From: a virus
Lineage: Duplodnaviria; Caudoviricetes
DNA length: 42,461 nucleotides
IMG/VR virus record: IMGVR_UViG_3300028899_000089
Location: 1 to 42,461 of that record
Strand: one strand, 5' to 3'
Below the pieces are notes generated by a model. That model was not told the DNA's origin, made no database searches, and was given only the letters and a program-made list of their open reading frames with translations. Made by a program: the position numbers and the translations under genes. Shown here one piece after another: positions 17,080 to 27,898 of the stretch. Each line of letters begins with the position of its first letter. Position 1 is the stretch's first letter.

Positions 17080-18135
17080 TTATGCGTGGTTTAAAATGTC
17101 ATTTATATTTAAAGTTATATAAGTATGTCCACCAGCGTCAAAGCCATGTGTCACGCTTATCTGTCCAGAAATTATAACCGACTGTGTGCCTGTATTGTCT
17201 ATAGTGTAACTTAAGTTACGATACTGAACAGTGGAATCTACAGTTTCCTCTGACAACGTAGAATCTTGTCCAGTTACTTGAGTAAAGTCTGCTGAAGTGA
17301 AAACCCCGTCAGCAGATATATCATTCGCGTGAGTGCAGGTGAAACTAAAATCTGTAAACGTACTTTTAGTTCCCTTTTTGCCGGAGTAGTAAAAATAATC
17401 ACTATTGATACCACCACTAGGTAGCACCCATGACGTATCACCAGTTTCTATTATTTGTAGTTTAGTCTGTTGTAGTGGCCATTGCTCTAAATATATAGTG
17501 GTAGGAGACTGCTTTAATCCTCCTGAAAAAGTGCTACTAACACTCTCTGTTAATAAAATTCTATAATTAGTGTTCAAAGTAGTGCTTGGGAAGTTTAAAA
17601 TAGTGGAGTAAAGTCCATCGATACCGATATAAGCTGTAAATTCGTCAACAATATAAACGGCGTTTGACTCTGGTCCAATTTTAGGATTCTCCGTGACTGC
17701 AATTTTTAATTTCGCACCAGGATCTCCAGTTATGTTTAGAGTTCTACTCTCTCCATACGGGCTAACGCTAGTGGTTTTCATGTTCCATCCATATATCTTG
17801 TCACCTACGGCTGCTACGTTTGCTTTCGCTTTAGCGAAAAACTCGATAACATCAGCTGTCGGAGGGCTTGATAATGGGCGTGAATAATTCACTGTAAAAC
17901 TATACGATTCGTCAGTACCCTTAATTACCGAGTAATTATACCTATTAGGATCACTAGTCTTCATGAAACTAACGTGTGGTATCGCAACAAACTTATAGTT
18001 TGTTTTTGGGGTAAACTTTCTACTAGTTATTATAGTTGAAACACTATTAGGCACACCATCTAAAGACGCGGATAGCGTCGAAGATTGATCATCATCAACT
18101 CCAGTGATATTTGTATTTATAGTTACATTTGCCAT
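17080..18135 (-). CDS. Beta-rich tail structural protein
   Basis: 351 aa, Thr/Ser-rich, directly downstream of the muzzle gene. Confidence 0.55.
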   Translation of the reverse strand: MANVTINTNITGVDDDQSSTLSASLDGVPNSVSTIITSRKFTPKTNYKFVAIPHVSFMKTSDPNRYNYSVIKGTDESYSFTVNYSRPLSSPPTADVIEFFAKAKANVAAVGDKIYGWNMKTTSVSPYGESRTLNITGDPGAKLKIAVTENPKIGPESNAVYIVDEFTAYIGIDGLYSTILNFPSTTLNTNYRILLTESVSSTFSGGLKQSPTTIYLEQWPLQQTKLQIIETGDTSWVLPSGGINSDYFYYSGKKGTKSTFTDFSFTCTHANDISADGVFTSADFTQVTGQDSTLSEETVDSTVQYRNLSYTIDNTGTQSVIISGQISVTHGFDAGGHTYITLNINDILNHA

Positions 18136-18136
18136 T

Positions 18137-21100
18137 TTATTGATCTATTGCTAAGGTTGGTACTCCTGTTATATTTATATATGATTCTACATTTTCATCT
18201 GGAAATAAATTACCAGTACTATAATCGATAGTTATTGGAATTTGAATCACGTTGCCGTGATAACCAGCAGAACTTGATCCACTACCTAAATCAACTAGCG
18301 TTCCAATCGCTACATTTGGATTTGAAGTTGTGATTCTAAATTTAGAGGAAGCAACAGCATACTTAAGCCCTCCAACTGTTTGTGCGTGTATATACAGGTT
18401 TTTCGCTACAGCTGAACTACTACCAACCTCTAGGTTAGTCTTGATAACATTTGTCGTTTGTGATCCATCTGTTGGTGACGTGTTTACGGAGTATGTTACA
18501 TCATCAATTCTTAGTGTCGTGTTTGTACATCTTATGTTTTTAACAACACCCTCGGCATCCCAAGTCTTCAAAAAGTGTATCCCATCCACGCCGCTTCCAA
18601 AAGTAGTACCATTCCACACTTTAGAATTATAAGTAAAAGTACAACTTATCTTTCCATCAGTAGCTCTACGTCTATTGTCGTTGGTAACGTCAACCATGTT
18701 TTCGCCAGAGAATCCAACTGGATCCGAAGGAGTGTTAGTGAACGTGATATCCGCTTCTATATGGTATTGATTTCCGTCTTTTAAATTATCAACGATTCCA
18801 GTTAGGTACCTAATCTTAGGAGCATCATTATCTGTAGATAAATTAGACCCATCGTGTTGCTGGAATATTATTTGAGAAGAACTCTGCGCTTCATAGCCAG
18901 TTGTACTATCAAGAGTATCTTCTGCATGCGTTATATCAGGATATCCTAGGGTTCCTATGCTATTAGTATAAACACCACTACCAGCTCCAATAGCATTAAC
19001 TTCTGGTATTGAGTCTGGTAAAATAGCTTTTAAGTATAGTGTTTTGTAATTAGGGTAACCTCCGACGTTCACGTCACTAACCACACCTAAACCTTGAGAT
19101 GTAAAATCTTTAATATCTATATCTTCTTCTGTTTTAGATACACCTGTTATATTATTAAACCACTTTCCTTCTTTATCTATAAAGTTAACAACTTTTGCCG
19201 ATTCTAAATCCGTGTTTATAGAGCTCGTGTACCAACCATTTTTTATTAACTGGTCTTCTTCTCCAACACTGCTTTCATATATTCTAGACGTAGTCCCTTC
19301 ATAACTTAATGTATCGAAATTCTTAACCTCATCAACAATATCGTTAAATATAAATTTAACAGAACTCTCGTATTGAGTGTTATAGAAATTGTTTCTCAAA
19401 GCATTGGAATGATGTTTCCATATATCACCATTTTTCCATGTGTAGTATTCTCCATTCAAAGATAATCCAGACTCAGGTAAGAATGATTTAAAACTTGTCC
19501 AACCGTTAACTTTCTCAGAAAAACTAACAGTAGTATCTTCTAGAGTTACATTATATGAATCTCTATTTTCGTCATAAGTACCAATTATTGTGTTAGCATT
19601 TGGTAAGTTGTATTTAAAATAACTAATCATGTCTTTGTCTGATATAGGCGTTAACCCATCAGCAGACAACCTCAACACCGCCCCTCTGTCCCTATCTGTA
19701 AAATAAACTCTGTAACCAAAATTAGCAAACGACTCTGGGTTTCTAGATATTCCATATTCCCCTACAAAAGGAATAGCTTGTCCTAACACCTTACTGGTTG
19801 AAGTCATTTGCATACTTCCGTCCGCGTTGTATAAAGCATCTTTATTAGCTAGCACCTTCAGTATCTTGTCCTCACACAGCGCTACAATATTTGTGTTTCT
19901 AGTAAATAACTTTTGAATACTACCATATTCCGGGTTTAGATCTTTGGTTATGCTCTCTGCTTGTATAAATTGATTAAGCTCGTTTACTGAACTTATTGAA
20001 TTATATATTCCAGAAAATATCAACCCACTACTTCTTTTTTCTTCTTTATAAGTTTCTTTAAGTGTCGTGGACACTCTAGGTCCCTTGTCAATCGTAACGG
20101 CGTTGAAATCATCCCTAAATCTATTTGACTCCACTCCATTCCCAAAAGAAAAACAATTGTGCCAGTCTAGTTTGTCAGGGGGTAGAGTAACTACCACTTG
20201 CGTTCCATCGCACTCCACATCATCTACCAACTCATAATCTTTGAAAAACACAGTATCACCAAACTCATCCCTTTCTGACAACCTTACTGTAACACCACTC
20301 GGTAGAGTAGATCCCGGATCGCTATCGCTAGAACCTTGTGGATGCCAAACGTCATGATCTATTGCTATCTTGTTAGGGTTGTCACACCAATCGTAGTGTC
20401 TACCAGTTTTAATACGCGTTATTGGTTTCGTCTCGTCTAAAAGGTGTGTTTTGACAGATACTTCATTAAGCTTCGCCATACTTGCGTAGGTTTGTGTTGT
20501 ATCAGTAAATTCAATTCTAACTTTATAAGTAGAGTAGCCACTATTTGCTGTTGAGTCTGGGGCAAACACCCATTGATTGATACCAGCTTGTAACGATGGC
20601 CACTGCCCTGGTAAAGGATAATAACTTGTAGTAGCACTTCCATCCCAACCTTGGATTATCACCTTTATTCCAGCACTCCCACCTCCTACTAATTGAGTAT
20701 CGTTATCAAGTTCCAACACGTCTACGGCTAGTCTATATTCCTCTCCGTCTGTTAATGTTATTACATCACTTGTAAGACTAGCATAATTACCTGCGTTTGT
20801 GGCCGCCGAAACAGTAATAGTAGCGTTTGCCGCATCATGTACAGCTGTCATATCAGAATCTAAAGTCCAGTTCTCAACCCCACTAGTTGCACTGGTTGTG
20901 GTTGGGGTTTGAAACTGAGAGTTGGAAAGAGTCTCCACTCCAAGAATACTAGTATATGGTAATGCCGGCTGACCAGCTGGTTTATATATAGTACCAATAT
21001 CTGTTATTGTAGCGTAATTACCACCACTACTTGGGTTTGTGTAATCGTTTATAGAAGCGTTGTTTAGAGCCTCTATGTACATACCGTCTTTTAGAAACAC

Positions 21101-24100
21101 TCCCACTTTAGGTGTTTCGTAATATAAATTTAAATCCGCCCTTTCTTTTGGTTCTACCTCGAATACAGCTGGATTAAAACTAGCCTCTGTTAATTCGCTA
21201 GATCTTTTTTCTATAATTTGTATTTGAGAAGTTGTACCATCGGTTCCATCTTTAAATGGAATTAAGGTGTTATGGGAGTTATCGTTGTTCCACCCATATC
21301 CAGAGCTAAGAGTTGCTGTTGGACTCCAGACAATAGGTTTATTTAATTGCAAATCTATCCTATAACCATAATTCTCCTTACCGTGGTTAAGGAAGTTTCC
21401 GTCCCCATCTTCACCGTACACATCACCGCTAGGCAATTGAGCTTGGAAGTTTTTGATCGGTGCTGATTTCATTACTTTTTCGATAGTATATACCGTTTCG
21501 CTAGGGTCATCATGCCATCTAAACTGTGTACCTGATTTTGTTAGTTGTTGTAAAAGTTTAAAGTTGTTAAACCACTGCCCAGACAGCTCATGCTCAGCAG
21601 CGTCAGCCCACGTGTTAGTGTCGGCGTTAGTTGTTGGCGTAGAAGATGTAGTTCCTCCACCTGGTGAGCTATCAGCCCCAGTATCTAATTCCCCAATACC
21701 ATGAAAAGCAAACGAGCAATAGTTGTTACCCATAACAAAGCCGTTACCCATATTTGCGTTGTTAGTGCTAGGCATACCTTCGTACCCTTCGTAGCTGCTC
21801 GACCAATTCCAACCCAGTCCTTGAAAAATACTAAATCTTTGCGGGATCTCATTGTCAATAGGTTCACCGTAATCTTCTTCTAAAAATGTTCCTTCCCAAG
21901 TTGCTGTGATAGGGTTTGTCCAGGCAGATCCACCAACTGTTAGTGTTTGGTCATTCATGTAATAAGCGTCGGTAACACTAGCGCCGTTATAATGACTTGC
22001 GCCCCAATTAAAGTTATCCTTATCTCTTAGCCAAACGTCAGTATCTTTCCCCCTTTCATCCTCTGTATTTTTAGTATCATCATCCTCCCAGCAATGTGCC
22101 CAAAAAGCATTTTGAGCATTGGTTATGTTATACCCAACGTCGTCCGCACTCTGCTTACCGCTAACGTACCTTTCAAAATCAGAATCTTTGGCTATCTTAA
22201 TAAAGAACCTACCTTGAAAATGATTATCAAACTCATTAAACTCTTCTCTATAATACTCTAAAAATAACTTACGAGATGAACTGTATTCTGTACCGACAAA
22301 AGCAGCATCAAAACCAAGTGGTTCGACTAAAGTAAACTCGTAATAATCTTCTTCACCAGCATAAGCATCGGTTTGTGGGTCTGCATCTGGGTCTTGAGCG
22401 TGATTAACCCTAGATACATGTAGTACTTCGTGATAATTTGAAAACAAACTCGGCTTGTTAGATATCAGCTGTCCAAGTCTAATATATCTACCCGTTTGAT
22501 CATCTACAAGAGCCTCATACAAAGCTTTGTTTGATGAATCGTGCACTATGCTACCTTTGATTCTAAAGGTAAGCTTATCTTGTTGTGGGTAACCGTCCGC
22601 TGTACCGCCGTAACTAGACTGGGAAAAGAATTCTAAACCTTTCCCGTCGGAGTTGAATATTCTTCCCCCAACGTTTTTTCTAGTCATTTTTATAAAATCA
22701 GGAGCACTACCTCTTCTCGCTAAGACCTTGTACTTGGTTGTTTTCTCTGGGGAAACAGCTTTATCACTGTTGTGCTCTTTTTTCAACACTAAATAGTCGT
22801 CTTCCTTTATCTTGTTGTAATCACTAGAAGGAAATGACAACCAAACATGGCTACTGTTTTCCGCTTGGTAAACTCTGTCTAAAGAGATATTGTAGTAACT
22901 AGCAGCCGAATCTTTTATAAAGTATTTATAGTGTGTAACCCACTCTGGTGGAAAATTATTTAAAGATGCCGTTATGGTGTTTGCGTGCACAGCGTTTTTT
23001 TGGTCAACACTAATCAAGGCTCCATCCGTTGAAAACACGGGAGACTGTCTCCCAAACATGTCTAAATATGATATTCCAACCTGATAACTTCTAATTGATT
23101 TAATAGATTTACCAACATCTTCCGCTGGTCTAATCCACTTGCTACTCAACGACACCGTGATATCAGGTTCGTCGGATGGCGATATGTCATATTGCTGCGT
23201 ATAATTTCCAAATATAATTCTATTAGCTGATAACTCTTGTGATAAAGCTCGTCTTGGCACGTTATCATAAGGTCTTAACATCTGTTTGCTTTCAACCAAC
23301 GCGTGATACTTTTCTTTAGTGATCTCAAAACTTTCAAAAGTTTGTAACTCAGGGTTCTTGATTGTCGTAAACGTATAAACGTTGGTGCTATTTGACTCTT
23401 TATATAAAATATCAAGCTCTACAACCCCATTGGGTATTTTATCAAAACCGCTTAACAAGACCCTCCTAACGTTATTCTCCATAGACAGGTTATACCCGTT
23501 TACAGCGTCATACTTATAATCTTCATTAGGTAGGAATGCCACTTCGGTAAACGCTGATATAGCTGAATACTCTCCGTCCTCATATCTCCACCTATAAGCA
23601 AACCTAGGAAAAACTTTCTCAAACAACGGATCGCTATCGACCAATTCACAATCCCAATACTTGTGTTGCTCTAATGGTAGCTGTAAAAGACTGTTATCGA
23701 TAGATGTGATTTGAAAATCAAATATTTTTCTCTTATCAACACCCGTTCCGTAGTCTATAGTGCTTACGGTCACAGGGTAAACCTCTACGTTTTTAAAGTT
23801 CCCAGAGAAATCAGGACCAAAAGCAATTTCTACTTGGTTTTTTGTTTGGTTTTGCAACCAATAAACCTTGTGAGTCCCATCTGTTGCGGGTAACTGTACG
23901 TGGCCATCAGTAGTATTTGACACCCACCCAATACCGCCTTGATCAACGGAGGATGTTACTTTGTCATGGTTGAATAGCTTTATTGTAGCTCTTTGTTCGT
24001 GGTCATCGGGGTCATAGTTGCTGGAGGTAATATAGTATTCTATCGCGTAGTATTCGCCGTCTGTTAATTCGAAAATCCCATCATATGGTGGATCGGTGGC

Positions 24101-27100
24101 TCTTTGTCCTGTTGAATCGGCTGGATAGGCGATTATTTGACTAGTAGTACCAGCTGAAACCACACACTGACTGCCACCACCCCAAGAGATTCTATTATCA
24201 CCATCATTTGCGAGACAACTAATATTATCAAGTGTACCTCCGCCAAGCGTACGGTCGGGCTCAGCTTGTGGGTTGCACCCAATAATATTAAGCCCGTACG
24301 TCGTTCTATCACTCACACTAGTATTACCAACGTCATAAGTAATAGTTCGCGTTTGGGTTGTTGGAGTGGTAACATTACTATCACCTGTATAAACAGTGTC
24401 ATAGTTAAACACTTTTGAATCCTCTAATCTAATGCGCCATCCTTGAGTGGCGCTTCCACTACTTGTGTTAATACCATACTGTGTATAATCAAAAGAGACT
24501 TTATATTCGCCATCGTGTTCAAAAAACAATCTAGGATTAGTTTTACCGTGATAGCTTGATTTCTGAGTGATATTAGGCCAATCGGCACCATTATCAGTCC
24601 ACCCTATTATACCACTATTAGTTGTAAACCCACCACCACGCTCCTCCCATAGGTCATTGTTAAGGTCTATATCCGTTGTCATAGCCCCATCATATATCAT
24701 TTCCAAACTAGTCGTCCAATCCGCGCTATTTGCTGTTGTTGAGTTTAAAGTGGTGGTACCACCAGAAAAAGATAGCGTTGTTAAGCTAGCAGCAACACCC
24801 GCACTTACATCAAAATCAGAATCATGAATCATATCACTCCCTTCTGTGATTCCGTCTTGCCATGACTCCGGGGCTTGCACAGCTGTACCAGCATCGTTCA
24901 CAAAATAACCATTAGCACCCCTATAGTTCCACTTTCTCTTCGAACTCGGACTATCCTCCCAGTTGATCTCGTCTGTTAGTTTTACAGTTACAGTTATGTC
25001 ATCACCATTTGGAGCTTTGTTGGAGTTTGTTAGTTTCACTAAATCACCTACTTCATAATCTGGTTTTGGCTCGAACACGAGCGGTTGAAGTCTAACCTGA
25101 GTGGACGCCTTGTGCTCTAGCTGTATATTGTAAACCTCAACAATACAATCATTTCGTTTATAAAACGAAAACCCAGCTCCAGAAGGTTGACCAGGGACAA
25201 CTTTTAAATATTTTTCAATATTATATATACCAGGGGCCACTAGAGTTGCCCCGTTTCCATTAAAAAATAGTGGAGGACTATGCACCGTGGTATTTGTGGC
25301 AGCATTCATCGTGCTTATCCCAAACGGTGCCCAATTATCAACACTGTTTGCAGTGGAATTATCTTGTATAAGGTGCACGGTGCACTTAAACCTATAGTAC
25401 GAATCATCACTACTAACCTTTAAGTTGGTAGCAAAATCATGAAGATATTGCCACCCGGTATCTGGGGCGGTTGCAACATTATTTAAGACTAGTAAGTTGC
25501 CGTTAACGTTGTAAGTGTCTGCAACACTAGTGAAAGCGTCACCACAGTACTTACCGTCTCTAACGGTCCACCCTCCACCAAAATCGTTCGGTGCACTAGC
25601 TAGTTTTTCTTCTGGGTCGTAAAGGTAAGCGCCGTACCCATCATCCACATCTAACAACGTGGTTCCATCTGCTTTCAAGAGTGGTTTGTTGGAGCTAGCA
25701 CCAACTGGTTTTACCAACCTAGTCCCATCCCCGTCTATATAAGTCCAGAAACTAGCATTACTAAAAATGTCCCAATACCCAATCACTATTCTTTGCCCTT
25801 TTTTCCAATAATCTTCTTGATCATCAACACCTTCGTTTTTACCTATCCCTAACCATAACCTTCCGCCGATAAGATCTTTAAGCGTTACCGCTGAACTAAA
25901 CCCCTTGTAACCCCCGCCCTCATGAACACACCAAATATGTTGTAAGGTTTTAGGGCCAAGACTACACCACAGCTGCCAAGCTTTCTTGTAGTAATCCGTT
26001 TGTGAGGTAAAATCGTTAACCATGTTTACGGGTGCTCCTAGATAGGATGCCACCACGGTGGGTTTATCTGCTAATTCAAAAACTGGATAATCAACACCTA
26101 CACCATTATCTCCCGGTGTTAATGACGACCAATCAGGGCCCACATCAAGCTGCACCATGGTGTCATGACCTAGGGAGGATTCTGCTGGCAATCTTTCCAA
26201 CCACATAGCGTCACTACGCAAATACGTGTGTAGAAAGTTATTGTATCTCACCACGTTCCCACTACCATCAGCAAAGCTGCGACTTCTACCTTCCGGCGTG
26301 GTATTCATCGGTGTCGTGCAGCTAGTTTTAATTACAGAACCCTTCGCTTTGCTAGTGTTAGTAAGCTCCATATTAGGGGCACTTAAAGGATACTTTTTAA
26401 TTAAAGTAATGTCTTCTTCTTTTATATTTCTAGTATATGTCCCGGTAGCGTCTTTTACTTTAGTTGTTCGATTCCAATCAAAAGCCACTTCCTTAACAGA
26501 TATATTATCGAAAGTTGTACCAATTTCCATGGGATTAGAGGATTCGTTTTGAACCCAAAGTGAGCTTGCTGTATAGTTTGAGTTGGGTGAATAATATCCA
26601 ACCATGTCAGTAACACCAGTTGTTAAGGTCCATGTATACGTTCCAGGTGATGAAGCCCAGAGAGAACTATTACCGAGCTTAGTATACGTACCATGCTCAT
26701 CTACTAAAACAAAACCGATTTGTCCACCAATAGTTGATCCTGTAGCGCCAATATCCATAGATACGGTATATGTTTTACCTCGCTCTATAAGTACGTTAAG
26801 TTGTCTGATTTTAGACCATTGACCGACTGCGGTTATTATTTCCGCAACACCACTTGTTATATCCCAACCCGTATCAAGCTCCCAATTACTATTGGTATCA
26901 AATGCACCATTTGTTATAAGTTCTGGACCTTTAAAAGTGGTGGTGCCAAAATTAGCAATACCATAAGAACCAGCTTTACATCTTTCTATATTTATTTTTT
27001 TAGGCTCATTAACACCATCGGTCCAGAATAACATTCCATCTAAGATGTTTATTCCAGTTATATGGTCTACTGTATCGAAGTTTAAAAACCTATTAACTTC

Positions 27101-27895
27101 CTTTACCTTAACGTTATCTATTTTAAAACCTTTAGTAGAATTTATAGAGTCAAAGTAAAACACAAGTTGATTTTCTCTAGCAACACTATCACCCTGTATC
27201 CACTGCACTTTTTTAACACCAGTAGAGTATATGTCACAAGGCATATCGGTGCTGTTTGGACCATGGTTTGATAACACTAAACTAGACTGCAGGTCCGTGT
27301 CTATTGAAACCACCTCAAATTCCACTTCGTATTTACCCCCTTCTTCAAAGTTTACTTCATCTACAAATAAACTTAGGTATCCCGCTCTACCCCACGCAGC
27401 ATTTGCTGTCCCGCCAGATATCCCCCAAGATATACCCTCATTACCAGCGTTGCTTACTACCAACGCTCCATTGGTAAACGGTACTCCTTGATTATCCACC
27501 ACATTCACGCCACTGTAATTTGAGTTTACATCTGTAGAGGTGAAAGTTTGAGTGTAAGAATCTTCCATACCAAAATCAACCAATACAGGAGATACCGTTC
27601 TAGATTTTAAATCATACTCCGCTATAGCATCTGTGTATATACCGTGGATAAACCAATATGTTTTATCACTTTCTCTATCCACGATAGACCCAACGCATTT
27701 AGCGCCAGGTATAACACTAGATATATCCGAATGAACCGTGTTCCCCCAAGTGTTTTGGAGAGAGCCAACGTCATCACCTTGTGAGGTTGAAACCTCAACA
27801 TTTAAAGCATCTCTGTATTCGTTTTTAGGAATCAATCTCTCATCGAGATCTTTATTCATCTTCCCTCCTAGAAACGTATTTTTAATCTCAGGCAT
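18137..27895 (-). CDS. Tail muzzle/nozzle (P22 gp10-like stabilization) protein, greatly expanded by inserted domains
   Basis: N-terminus MPEIKNTFLGGKMNKDLDERL...EYRDALN and blocks LFWTDGVNEPKKINI, FAYRWRYEDGEYS, NRIIFGNY, YQVGISYLDMFGRQS, YGISRNPESFA, GWTSFKSF, KEGKWF recall crAss-like muzzle/stabilization proteins; follows the ring genes. Confidence 0.75.
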   Translation of the reverse strand: MPEIKNTFLGGKMNKDLDERLIPKNEYRDALNVEVSTSQGDDVGSLQNTWGNTVHSDISSVIPGAKCVGSIVDRESDKTYWFIHGIYTDAIAEYDLKSRTVSPVLVDFGMEDSYTQTFTSTDVNSNYSGVNVVDNQGVPFTNGALVVSNAGNEGISWGISGGTANAAWGRAGYLSLFVDEVNFEEGGKYEVEFEVVSIDTDLQSSLVLSNHGPNSTDMPCDIYSTGVKKVQWIQGDSVARENQLVFYFDSINSTKGFKIDNVKVKEVNRFLNFDTVDHITGINILDGMLFWTDGVNEPKKINIERCKAGSYGIANFGTTTFKGPELITNGAFDTNSNWELDTGWDITSGVAEIITAVGQWSKIRQLNVLIERGKTYTVSMDIGATGSTIGGQIGFVLVDEHGTYTKLGNSSLWASSPGTYTWTLTTGVTDMVGYYSPNSNYTASSLWVQNESSNPMEIGTTFDNISVKEVAFDWNRTTKVKDATGTYTRNIKEEDITLIKKYPLSAPNMELTNTSKAKGSVIKTSCTTPMNTTPEGRSRSFADGSGNVVRYNNFLHTYLRSDAMWLERLPAESSLGHDTMVQLDVGPDWSSLTPGDNGVGVDYPVFELADKPTVVASYLGAPVNMVNDFTSQTDYYKKAWQLWCSLGPKTLQHIWCVHEGGGYKGFSSAVTLKDLIGGRLWLGIGKNEGVDDQEDYWKKGQRIVIGYWDIFSNASFWTYIDGDGTRLVKPVGASSNKPLLKADGTTLLDVDDGYGAYLYDPEEKLASAPNDFGGGWTVRDGKYCGDAFTSVADTYNVNGNLLVLNNVATAPDTGWQYLHDFATNLKVSSDDSYYRFKCTVHLIQDNSTANSVDNWAPFGISTMNAATNTTVHSPPLFFNGNGATLVAPGIYNIEKYLKVVPGQPSGAGFSFYKRNDCIVEVYNIQLEHKASTQVRLQPLVFEPKPDYEVGDLVKLTNSNKAPNGDDITVTVKLTDEINWEDSPSSKRKWNYRGANGYFVNDAGTAVQAPESWQDGITEGSDMIHDSDFDVSAGVAASLTTLSFSGGTTTLNSTTANSADWTTSLEMIYDGAMTTDIDLNNDLWEERGGGFTTNSGIIGWTDNGADWPNITQKSSYHGKTNPRLFFEHDGEYKVSFDYTQYGINTSSGSATQGWRIRLEDSKVFNYDTVYTGDSNVTTPTTQTRTITYDVGNTSVSDRTTYGLNIIGCNPQAEPDRTLGGGTLDNISCLANDGDNRISWGGGSQCVVSAGTTSQIIAYPADSTGQRATDPPYDGIFELTDGEYYAIEYYITSSNYDPDDHEQRATIKLFNHDKVTSSVDQGGIGWVSNTTDGHVQLPATDGTHKVYWLQNQTKNQVEIAFGPDFSGNFKNVEVYPVTVSTIDYGTGVDKRKIFDFQITSIDNSLLQLPLEQHKYWDCELVDSDPLFEKVFPRFAYRWRYEDGEYSAISAFTEVAFLPNEDYKYDAVNGYNLSMENNVRRVLLSGFDKIPNGVVELDILYKESNSTNVYTFTTIKNPELQTFESFEITKEKYHALVESKQMLRPYDNVPRRALSQELSANRIIFGNYTQQYDISPSDEPDITVSLSSKWIRPAEDVGKSIKSIRSYQVGISYLDMFGRQSPVFSTDGALISVDQKNAVHANTITASLNNFPPEWVTHYKYFIKDSAASYYNISLDRVYQAENSSHVWLSFPSSDYNKIKEDDYLVLKKEHNSDKAVSPEKTTKYKVLARRGSAPDFIKMTRKNVGGRIFNSDGKGLEFFSQSSYGGTADGYPQQDKLTFRIKGSIVHDSSNKALYEALVDDQTGRYIRLGQLISNKPSLFSNYHEVLHVSRVNHAQDPDADPQTDAYAGEEDYYEFTLVEPLGFDAAFVGTEYSSSRKLFLEYYREEFNEFDNHFQGRFFIKIAKDSDFERYVSGKQSADDVGYNITNAQNAFWAHCWEDDDTKNTEDERGKDTDVWLRDKDNFNWGASHYNGASVTDAYYMNDQTLTVGGSAWTNPITATWEGTFLEEDYGEPIDNEIPQRFSIFQGLGWNWSSSYEGYEGMPSTNNANMGNGFVMGNNYCSFAFHGIGELDTGADSSPGGGTTSSTPTTNADTNTWADAAEHELSGQWFNNFKLLQQLTKSGTQFRWHDDPSETVYTIEKVMKSAPIKNFQAQLPSGDVYGEDGDGNFLNHGKENYGYRIDLQLNKPIVWSPTATLSSGYGWNNDNSHNTLIPFKDGTDGTTSQIQIIEKRSSELTEASFNPAVFEVEPKERADLNLYYETPKVGVFLKDGMYIEALNNASINDYTNPSSGGNYATITDIGTIYKPAGQPALPYTSILGVETLSNSQFQTPTTTSATSGVENWTLDSDMTAVHDAANATITVSAATNAGNYASLTSDVITLTDGEEYRLAVDVLELDNDTQLVGGGSAGIKVIIQGWDGSATTSYYPLPGQWPSLQAGINQWVFAPDSTANSGYSTYKVRIEFTDTTQTYASMAKLNEVSVKTHLLDETKPITRIKTGRHYDWCDNPNKIAIDHDVWHPQGSSDSDPGSTLPSGVTVRLSERDEFGDTVFFKDYELVDDVECDGTQVVVTLPPDKLDWHNCFSFGNGVESNRFRDDFNAVTIDKGPRVSTTLKETYKEEKRSSGLIFSGIYNSISSVNELNQFIQAESITKDLNPEYGSIQKLFTRNTNIVALCEDKILKVLANKDALYNADGSMQMTSTSKVLGQAIPFVGEYGISRNPESFANFGYRVYFTDRDRGAVLRLSADGLTPISDKDMISYFKYNLPNANTIIGTYDENRDSYNVTLEDTTVSFSEKVNGWTSFKSFLPESGLSLNGEYYTWKNGDIWKHHSNALRNNFYNTQYESSVKFIFNDIVDEVKNFDTLSYEGTTSRIYESSVGEEDQLIKNGWYTSSINTDLESAKVVNFIDKEGKWFNNITGVSKTEEDIDIKDFTSQGLGVVSDVNVGGYPNYKTLYLKAILPDSIPEVNAIGAGSGVYTNSIGTLGYPDITHAEDTLDSTTGYEAQSSSQIIFQQHDGSNLSTDNDAPKIRYLTGIVDNLKDGNQYHIEADITFTNTPSDPVGFSGENMVDVTNDNRRRATDGKISCTFTYNSKVWNGTTFGSGVDGIHFLKTWDAEGVVKNIRCTNTTLRIDDVTYSVNTSPTDGSQTTNVIKTNLEVGSSSAVAKNLYIHAQTVGGLKYAVASSKFRITTSNPNVAIGTLVDLGSGSSSAGYHGNVIQIPITIDYSTGNLFPDENVESYINITGVPTLAIDQ

Positions 27896-27898
27896 TTA

